Shown: piece after piece, positions 14,080-23,450 of the stretch
Numbering within the stretch: the stretch's first letter is position 1
Layout of the letters: each line of letters starts with the position of its first letter
Source of the DNA: Lytechinus pictus
Lineage: Eukaryota
Reading direction: 5' to 3'
Length of the DNA stretch: 64,000 nucleotides
Assembly: GCF_037042905.1 (NCBI RefSeq)
Contig: NC_087251.1
Span: 23,128,001 to 23,192,000, forward strand
The notes under the pieces: generated by a model
What the model was told of the DNA's origin: nothing
Seen by the model: the letters and a program-made list of their open reading frames with translations, nothing else
The model's database searches: none
Program-made: the position numbers and the translations under genes

Positions 14080-14406
14080 TGGAAGCTGATAATGTCACAC
14101 TCTTTTTATTTCCTTTGTATTTTATACTATGAATGCTATGATTTCAATATTTTCAGTTGTCATATATTTGATCAAACAGAAGTTACATGAGAAATCAAAC
14201 ATTATGTTAAGTGACAGCGTGACGGGTCGACTTTCATAATACTATGTTCATACTGTTCATAATGTCCATTTGTTCATAGGAGAACATTTTGAATTGCCCA
14301 AACTTTCCTATTTTACATCCTACTGTGATGAATTCTTTAGCATTATTTCGTTTGATATTATATTTTATTCGATTTAACTTTTTGTTGGGATATAGACTTG
14401 ACCTTA
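14080..14406. mobile_element. Decayed partial TTAA-type MITE related to 15858-16442
   Basis: gctgataatgtcaca matches gctgatgatgtcaca of the 15858 element, and the segment ends in gacttgacc-ttaa. Confidence 0.45.
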
Positions 14407-15202
14407 AATGACTAAGTGATTTTGACAGATGGGAAAAACTCTCGGAATGATATTTACAATAAAAAATATATTAATCAAAATGTCCAAGTGCGTTTATATA
14501 TAAACCTATCGCCAGAATATTCAAAGTACGTATTTTTTTATTTTAAATGCCTGAAATATTGATCATGATGGTGATAAAGACATTGATGTTTATCTTGAAT
14601 GAATGATAGTATTGGTAAGAAGAATAACATCAACAAAATGAGATGATGATGATGACTGATGATAATAGTTACATTCGAATAATGGCATTAAAGACATTTT
14701 TTTTTTCATTGACAGTACGCTAGTTTAAATCGTACGTGCTTCACGCAAGAATACGATGGCTTGTAAATTATGACCAAAGTAATTTTCACTTAATAAAAGA
14801 CGGGTTTGTTTGAAATTCATGCGCAGTACTTGTAAATCTGGTATCTTGTAACCTACTTTTCGATTTGTAAGTGGATATACTTTAAAGATAAACGGTTTTG
14901 ACTCATGCCAAGCAGAAATGTATTGGTTAAACAAGAAACCATAGACAATGAGGTGTCTTCCATGGCGCCACTATCTCGAAATTGGCGGGAGATTCCGTTT
15001 TGTAGCAGCTATTACTTTCCTGTCTATTACGTTCTGAAAAATGATTAGTTGTGTCATCGCCAATTAATTCTAATCACGGCTTTATTACAGAGAAAAATAT
15101 TACTTTCTACGTGTCGTATACTTTGAACCATTTATGTATTGATACAACTATCTTCCCTAGAACCTTGTGGTCTTTGGAGAGCATGCATGGGTTCAAATTT
15201 AA

Positions 15203-15332
15203 GGCCCGTCTTATAAAGAATTATAAGAGATTTAAATCAAATGCAAACAGGGATTGATCTCAGACTGTGTCTTTAATAGATATGAATGTTAATCAATTGT
15301 GATCAATAATAACTCTTTGTTAGTTGGGGTCC
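15203..15332. mobile_element. Short degenerate MITE
   Basis: Imperfect TIRs ggcccgtcttataaagaatta / taactctttgttagttggggtcc. Confidence 0.5.
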
Positions 15333-15334
15333 TG

Positions 15335-15491
15335 GGGAGCGTCTCATGAAAGGACTTGTCGCACGTTTTATCCGACAAGTCAAATTTTATCCGACAGATA
15401 CCATAGCAACAGTGGTTCTCAGCCAATCAAAGTCAAGGGAAGTTGTCAGATCTGACAACTTGTCGGAAGAAAATGTTGATGAAACGCTTCC
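15335..15491. mobile_element. MITE with 3-bp CTG TSD (PIF/Harbinger-like)
   Basis: TIRs GGGAGCGTCTCATGAA / TTGATGAAACGCTTCC, CTG at 15332-15334 and 15492-15494, and internal inverted motifs tccgacaagt / acttgtcgga. Confidence 0.75.
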
Positions 15492-15857
15492 CTGGTGGCG
15501 TTTCCTTATCATAAAACAAATCGTAAAGATACGCACGACTTTACGCTCAGTCAGCTATTAGACCAGCCCCTGGACTGATAGACCGGCATCTCATCTCAAC
15601 ATTTAGGTTTTCACGTTTAACCGACATATTGATCCAATTGTCGATTTTGGCTCAACTAAACGTGATTAGACTTGCCTCCGTTGTGCTATTGAGTTTAGTC
15701 TGGCGAACTATATATGTCACATTAGAACATTCAGGAATTCAAAATACCCGACACGGAACTTACAGTCTGCACTGAAGCCCCCTTCGTATGGTCCAACAGC
15801 TATAGATCGGAATAATTTGGAATGAAAATATAACGGAATAATGATCAATTTTCTTAA

Positions 15858-16442
15858 AGGGATGGTCCGGGCTGAAAATATTAATATCTTAATACAGAGA
15901 GTAGAATTTACTGAGCAAAATGCCGAAAATTTCATCAAAATCAGATAACAAATAATAAGGTTATTGAAGTTTTTATAAGTTTAGCAATATTTTGTGAAAA
16001 CAGTTGTCATGAATATTCATTAGGTGGGCTGATGATGTCACATCTCCACTTTCCGTTTTCTTATGTTATTACATAAAATCATAATTTTTTCATTATTTCA
16101 TACTTCTGTGAATAATATGTCTCCCTTATAATGAAATAAGTTGCAGCAATAAATATCTAATGCACTAAATCGGTTGAAAATCAAATTTTTCTAGTTCTTG
16201 GAGGAAAACATTTGAATAAAGCTAATTTCATATTATAAAGTACAAAAGAACAAGTGGGGATGCGACATCATCAGCCCACCTAATGAATATTCATGACGAC
16301 TGTTTTCACAAAATATTGCTTAACTTTAAAATTCAATAACTTTGTTATTTGTTATCCGATTTTGATGAAATTTTCGGCATTTTGCTCAGTGAATTCTACT
16401 CTATTTATTAAGCTATAAATACTTTCAGCCCGGACCATTCCT
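15858..16442. mobile_element. Foldback MITE with TTAA TSD and AGG terminus (Kolobok-like)
   Basis: ~190-bp inverted arms starting AGGGATGGTCCGGGCTGAAA / TTTCAGCCCGGACCATTCCT, with TTAA at 15854-15857 and 16443-16446. Confidence 0.92.
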
Positions 16443-16692
16443 TTAAAAACCTTACAGTAGGCCTAAATACGACACAGGTATGTGGTTGACTGATTTATAT
16501 AGCTTTCACAACACAAACCCAAACACCGATGCATCCAACTACTATCCGGCCACCATACGCAGGCAATTAGTGTCGTGGTATTTTAAGAATATAAAAACTA
16601 AGTGAATGTTTTATTTTCACTATTAGAAAATAATTCATGAACTTTTTACATACAAATATATAAATGTTTTGTCTTGACCAAAATACATTTAT

Positions 16693-16912
16693 GGGGGCAT
16701 TGCAAGAAACTTGTGATTAATGGCAAGTCAATTTCAGTCTCTTTATCAATCATATGTCTTGTAATAAATTGTAAATTTGTGATTGATTGCTCGTCTGCTT
16801 CTTCGAATAAGGTGTGTAATCTGATTTTCTACAGCTGAAATTGATCTATTAGTTGTAAAATTGCAACAGAATATTTGCAATTGTTTGAAAATATTTTCTT
16901 GCAACACACCCC
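16693..16912. mobile_element. Short MITE
   Basis: TIRs GGGGGCATTGCAAGAAA / TTTCTTGCAACACACCCC. Confidence 0.6.
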
Positions 16913-17849
16913 TCAGAATGATGGGGATACCTCGATGACTTGTGTTGGGCTTATGTTTTTGTCCTATGGTGAGAGAATCGGTTGACCAAATTACAAGATT
17001 ACAAATTAAGTTACAATTTGATGCATACACACGTGACACTCTCTCCCACATGATTATTACCTGCGGTGAAGTAACAACCACCACTCTGCATGCTCTGTAT
17101 AACTTTATTTTACTTAACGCACGGATTGTGTTCTATTTAAAAAGGTAAGATTTTAGTGTACTCTCATACAGCTGTAATACTCCAGCTGTCTGAGAAGCAT
17201 GAACATTATTTTTTCAGAAATGATTGAGCCTTTTTTAATTTTAGCGGGGTTAAGTTTAGCAGTGAATTCCTTCTCGAGACCGTTATTATAGTCATCATTT
17301 TAGAAATAATTATTTTCATCACGTTTTGACTTTCTCGCCTGTCATATTGCCCCACCATGTTCCTTCCTTGTATGCATTCCCCATACTTCCCGTGTTCCCT
17401 GGGCAACTCCTCTTCTTCATTACAGTCGGATGAATATCAGATAAAGTCCTTGATCTAAGGCGCCATTAATCCACTCCGTATTAAACTCATCCCGGGCTTA
17501 ATCTGCAATACAATCAAGATGGTGATTGTGGAGAAACCGAATCTTGAGACTAGCCCCGCGCGTCATTAAAGGGTTAAAGGATAGATTTTCATTTCCCAAG
17601 CAACGGTAATTGTAAGAGTAGATGCCTTGCCTGCACAGAAAAGTATCTTCATGAAGAGAGAGAGGGAGGAACAGATGCGGGGAGGGAGAGATACCGAGGG
17701 ACAAGGAAAATACATTTTGGCTTGAAAAGATACAATTTTTATCAGATAGATGATAAAAAAATTTAGGTCACGAACAAGGTCAGATTAGTGAAAATTGCAA
17801 TTGATCAGCTGCGTTCAAGATACATTCTTCTTTCTTAATGAAGACTATA

Positions 17850-18200
17850 TTTAGAATAATGATAGAGTTGCCTGTTTAAATCCCCTCCGAAAGAAAGAAC
17901 GCAAAACACATTCGATTGGGGTCTCTCAGGGATAAGTTCTTGGACCTTTATTTTTCATTTTTCAAATATTCATTATTGAGAAGAAGTTGTGTTCATGGCC
18001 TTTCAAACTATTATTCTGTCCAAAAATAGTTTCAACAATTAGAACAACTTTTACAATTTTGATAGATGATTTGGTATATTTTGTGATGATCCTACAAGAA
18101 TGACATCTACTTGATTCGAGAAATAGCGACACATTTAAAAAAATCTGATTAAGGTTTTCCGATTTCCACTCTATAAAATAAACATTGTTTATCCATTTGT
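17850..18200 (+). pseudogene. Highly decayed LINE reverse transcriptase fragment
   Basis: About 17915-17962 translates as IGVSQG*VLGPLFFIF, a degenerate RT motif GVPQGSVLGPLLF. Boundaries are approximate. Confidence 0.55.
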
Positions 18201-18471
18201 TTAGCACCATTTTTGCAATTTCAATGGCTGGGATTTATGCTATTAGCCATGGGCGGAAATCCCAGGGGGGACAGGGGGGACGTGTCCCCCCTACTCAAAA
18301 TAGTAGGGGGGACACAATATCAAATGTCCCCCCTACTATTTTTTGTCTTTTATGATGGTAAGAAATACATCATTCTAAATCGAAATAAAAGATGTATTTT
18401 GGGACGAGTTGACCGTACTTTTGGGATGATAACCTTTTTTTTGCTTGTCAAATTTTCCCGCCCCTTGTCCC

Positions 18472-20573
18472 CATAGGCGGATCCAGGAGGCCGGGCCCCC
18501 CCCCCCCTATTGGCGGAGCAAAAAGAGGAAAAAAAGGAAAGAAAGAAGGAAAAAGGAAAAAGGAAAAAAGGAGGGAAAAGAGAGGAGAAAAAGAAGAGAA
18601 GGCGACGAGTGCATAAAATAAGATGAGGGGAAGACTTGGAAAATAAAAACAATCTTTCGTGCCACTAAATAAAATTTTCGCTCGCGCTTCGCGCTCGCAT
18701 TGCCTGTTAGGTGATTTACATATCTTGTTCAATATGGGGGCTCAAATATCAAGTTTAGAAGTCAATATACAAAACATATTTCACCTCGGAGATCGAACTT
18801 TCATTATTTTGTGTGATTTACAAATTTATTTTTAAAAAGTGCTCTGTAAAAATGTCAGTTTTATGGTCTGAATAATTTTATCAACATTTGCTGCTTGCGC
18901 TGCGCGCTCGCAAATTTTGATTTATCAGGTACCTATTATTTTCGTGTATTCCATAAAGTTTTCAAAATATCCCTTTTCAGGTCTGATTGTCAAGACGTAT
19001 CAGCTAGCGCTGCACGCTGGCATTTTGATTGGCGAGTTATGTATGTTTCAATATTGATTATACAACAAACTACTTAAAATCCTCTTTTCATGACGGTTTA
19101 TCAAAAATTTTAGCTCGCGATTTGCGCTCGCATTAATGGTTGAAAATAAATTATATTAACTGATGCATCCTATTCATAATTACAAAAGTGAAATTTCCAG
19201 TTTTTATGCCATAATATCATCAGATTTCGCGCCCTCATTAGGCATTAATAAATATGATATTAATTTAATAATTAAATTGTCCCTTTTGTTTCATCTCGCG
19301 CTTAGCAAGAGGAATAGGAAGATAGTCATCATTTTCATGACATGTCGTAAGGATGTCCCGGTCCTATGTCAAAACTCAAAGTAATAATAATGACAATTTT
19401 AGCTCTTTTTTTAAAGTGCAATCCATATCCACCTTACAATTTTCCTACAAAGTGCTTGAAATATAAAGCGGTAATTGACTCTTTTTTCAGATCGGAATAT
19501 CAAAGTTTCATGATTTTCATGATTAAAGATGTATTTAGAATGCCTAGATTCTAGGTCTAAATATGAAACACGCGCGCGCATGTTTATTCAAATACTCAAC
19601 TTGTTCTCTATTTAAATCATTATCCAGTTTCAGATCACAATATCAAAATTTTTCTGCTCGCGCTTTTTGCTCGCATTATTAATGTAGGAAGACCCCCTAT
19701 TACTCATCCTTTTCATGATTTACAAAACATTAATTTTAATTGATTTATTTTATTTAAACACGGTAAAAAGCCCTCGATCACTTATGGCTGTTTACAAAAC
19801 ATGAACAGAGTGGCCCATTTTTAGGTCTAAATCTCGATTTTTTTCTATCCTGTTCACGAGTACAAAAATTGATTAAAATTTTCCATTCTTTCTTTAGAAA
19901 TTTTCAAAAATTTTCAGCTCGCGCTTCGCGCTCGCATTTTTTGATTGTTGAAATATGTAACGCCTTCATGGCTAAGTGCAAGCAGTCCTTAACAGGTACC
20001 TTTTCAACAGGTACGTATATAGAAAATTTCTGCTCGCGCTATGCGCTCGCATGATTAATACTCATCCTTTTCATGATTTACAAAACACGAATAGAGTGTC
20101 TCGTTCAGTAAATATTATAGGACTAGATCTCAAAATTTTGCGCTCGCGCTTCGCGCTCGCATCAATTGTCTACTTATATACCTATTCTGCTTGAGTTACA
20201 AAAGTGCTTAGAATTTTCATTCTTTAGGTAAAAATGTCCCCCAAAAAACAGCTCGCGCTTTGCATTCGTAGTAATTATTAAGTTGCATACAGATTTTTTT
20301 CAGGATATCAAACATTGCCCAGAATGTTCAAATTTTAGGAAAAAATACATAAAATTTCCAAAAATTAGCTCGCGCTTCGCGCTCGCATCATATAAATAAG
20401 GATTATGATATCATATATGAATTTATAAGAATAAAGCTAAAAACTGACTAATGAGGAATACCCCTTCAAAGAAACAAACACAAATCATCTTCGAGCTGCC
20501 GATCGGGGAAAATATGGCTGAAACAAATTTCCGCCCCCCCCCCCCTATTGGCGAAGGCTGGATCCGCCCCATG
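18472..20573. mobile_element. Nested hAT-like non-autonomous element carrying an internal repeat array
   Basis: TIR CATAGGCGGATCCAG / CTGGATCCGCCCCATG. Both flanks share TGTCCC (imperfect TSD). The subterminal motif cccccctattggcg occurs near both ends. Confidence 0.8.
18680..20388 (+). repeat. ~110-bp-period array with conserved core GCTCGCGCTTCGCGCTCGCAT
   Basis: Core copies start at 18680, 18893, 19003, 19113, 19656, 19917, 20032, 20142, 20251 and 20368, with degenerate copies near 19225, 19294 and 19570. Confidence 0.9.
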
Positions 20574-21306
20574 TGTCCCCCCTACCTTTTGGGAGAGATT
20601 TCCGCCCATGCTATTAGCTATGAACTTTGTAGGGATATTTTCATAGAGAAATCTTCCGGTTTTCGACATCTTATTATATAAGTCCATGATAATACTAACC
20701 TTGTTCTATATGAATTCATGCATGCATGAAAAAACAAAGAACGCATGGATGGGAGCACGATTTTTCATTTTTTTCATGTTTTGAATTGGATAATATAGAT
20801 CGACCAAACTCGGAGGCGAAGTCACTAGCATCGATTAGCATGGCAGTTCAATGCGAGCGTGCCGTCTTCGACTTGTTTGCTGTGTACTTTGGTAGGCAAT
20901 GTTGGCTCTGCCTCGCTCATCAATTGAAGATTGTCGCAGATCAGCAAGCAGCTGCCCGCCTGCACGTTAGGTACACACCACCAGAAACCATATCCCTGAT
21001 CAGGTAGACAAGGGAGAAAGAGGAGTTGAAAAGAACGAGATGGTAGTTGCAAAAGGGTAATAATAGAATATTATTCAAACAGTTTTCCTCAAAATTCTTC
21101 CGAGTGAGTATCAAAAGATAGAAATAACTGATTAACCAAGATAATTAAGTGGGGTAAATGGGATATTATCATGCATTTTATTAAACAATGAAATGCACAT
21201 TGGAAAAACAGCTAAGCTGAAATATTTAGAGAAAGAGAGAGGGAGGGGAGAGAAAATTAGACAAAAAGAAAATACAAAGTGAGAGGTTCTCGAGAAAAAA
21301 AAAAGA

Positions 21307-23230
21307 AATTCAATTCAATTCAATGTTTTATTCAATTCCAATAAAAATCAATACAGAGTATAGAATACAGTAATAACAAATACAATGTACATAATAAGGC
21401 ACGAAAATGTAAGGTACATGTAAAACAGGTATTAAACAGATACAAATCCCAGTAAAAAGATACAATATTGGAATTAGGTGGTCATAAAAACCTATCAAGG
21501 TTTGTCGAGATAACCACCCTTATATAAATAAAATAAGCCACATTGAAATTATAAATTTAGTAAAATGCTAATTTAAAATTGAATTCAATAATTAAAATCA
21601 TTTGATAATACATGTACAAGTAATACTATAAACATATATAAGTTAAAACACGTTTAACAGGACAAACCAAACAAATAAATACACAAGGGCAGTAAAAATC
21701 CTTGTTTTCTCACATTATTGATTAAATATAGTTTCAATTTCCTGCTAAAAGAATTCGTTGAACTGATTGATCTTATTTCTATTGGAAGATTGTTTCAAAC
21801 AGCTGGAGCATGGTGTCTAAACGAGAATAATACATAATTTTTATTTACAGTCCATAAGTGATATTTATTTTTGTTTCTTGTATTATAATCATGAATATTT
21901 ACATTTAAATCAAGCATTGACGATATTGAATTATGGAGTATATTTTGTTTATGTTTAAAAAGTAATATTGCACAGAAGTAGGAGTTGAGTTGATAAATAT
22001 TCAGAACATTGAATTTCACGAAAAGTTCTTTAGTGTGGGCCTATCTGTGAGAAAATGAACATATTCGGATAACTCTTTTTTGTAAAATAAACAATCTTTC
22101 TAGTTTTGAGGGATATGTATTTGCCCATACTACGTTACAATAAGACAAGTACGGATTAGTAGTAAGATTAAGGTATCATACAATGTTAAAAGAATGTGTT
22201 GAGGCAAGAAGTCACTAAGTTGCGGATGATACCGATATTCTTAGATATTTTATTTGTCACGTCCATTATATGATTATTCCATGAAAGTCTTTCGTCAATT
22301 AAAACGCCTAAGAACTTTGAATTACTTACACGTTTGATAACTTGATTATTCATTTTAATATCTAATACTTCAATATTATTTACTATATTATGTCCATGAA
22401 ATAATATATAGTTCGATTTGTCCAAATTCAGAGAGAGTTTGTTATAATAAAACCATGCGGTTACATGAGGTAATTCTTGGTTTAAAACATTATTCAAAGA
22501 TTGTAGTGTATTATCAGAAACTAAAATATTGGTATCCGCAAATAACAAAAATACCAATTTGTCTGAACATTTTGGTTAAATCATTGATAAATATTAAAAA
22601 TAAGAGCAGTCCGAGGATAGATCCTTTGGGCACACCATATAAAACATTTAAGGGTTCAGCTAAAACATTTTTATAAGAAACATATTGCACACGATTTAAT
22701 AAATAATTCTGAAACCAACATAATACATGACCCCTTATTCCATAAAATTGTAATTTGTGTAAAAGTATATTATAGTCAATGCAATCAAAAGCCTTGCTAA
22801 GGTCTAAAAATATTCCGATAGTGTGCAATTTCTTATTTAATGAATTGATAATATTATCATGTAAGTTAATTAGGACCATTTCAGTGGAAACATTTTTTTA
22901 AAATCCATATTGCACGTCATTTAAAAGAGAGTTGCAGTTAAGAAAATTATATAATCGATTATAAACAATTCTTTCTAAAATCTTTGAAAAATATGGTAGT
23001 AGTGAAATGGGACGATAATTAGAGACATCGTGTAGATCACCTTTTTTATGAACAGGAATAACTTTTGAAATTTTCATTTTAGAAGGAACTATGGCAGAAG
23101 ATAGTGATAAATTAAAAATATGACATAACGGATGCAGAATGAATATAATCACTTTCTTGATTACAACTGGACTTAAATCATCGATACCACAACTACTGCT
23201 ACATTTTATATTTTTAACAATCTCAATAGG
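21307..23230 (-). mobile_element. 5'-truncated, inactivated CR1/L2-group LINE (RT domain, 3' UTR, (TTGAA)n tail)
   Basis: Broken ORFs 22898-23281, 22514-22879 and 22186-22557 contain YRPISLLPYFSKILERIVYNRL, QYGF, FLDLSKAFD, GVPKGSILG, LFADT and KFLGVLIDERLSW. Stops and frameshifts are present. There is a 3' UTR stem-loop at 21477-21518 and an AATTC-repeat tail at ~21307-21324. Confidence 0.93.
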
Positions 23231-23344
23231 ACCAAGAGATGCAGTAACAAAAAGGCTGATTATTAAATATTCAAGTACCAAGCCTTACTTTATTGATGTA
23301 TTAAAAAACATGGTTTATGTTAAGGTAGTGGAAGTGATCACTGA

Positions 23345-23450
23345 TAGTAGTAGTAGCAGTAGTAGTAGTAGTAGTAGTAGTAGAAGTAGTAGAAGTAGTA
23401 GTAGAAGTAGTAGTGGTAGTAGTAGTGGTAGTAGTAGTAGTAGTAGTAGT
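23345..23450. repeat. (AGT)n microsatellite
   Basis: Direct reading; it produces the poly-Ser in ORF 23139-23555. Confidence 0.95.

Larger units (their letters stand above)
18248..20610. mobile_element. Non-autonomous hAT-like transposon (outer element)
   Basis: Perfect 14-bp TIR CATGGGCGGAAATC / GATTTCCGCCCATG and perfect 8-bp TSD CTATTAGC (18240-18247, 20611-20618). Subterminal tgtccccccta motifs are repeated. Confidence 0.93.

Noticed and set aside
17550..17577. piggyBac-like terminus (AAAGGGTTAA)
   Set aside because: No matching opposite TIR was found nearby.
18680..20388. True CRISPR array
   Set aside because: Eukaryotic intron with no cas genes. The spacers are ~90 bp and related to each other, and the array lies inside transposon TIRs.
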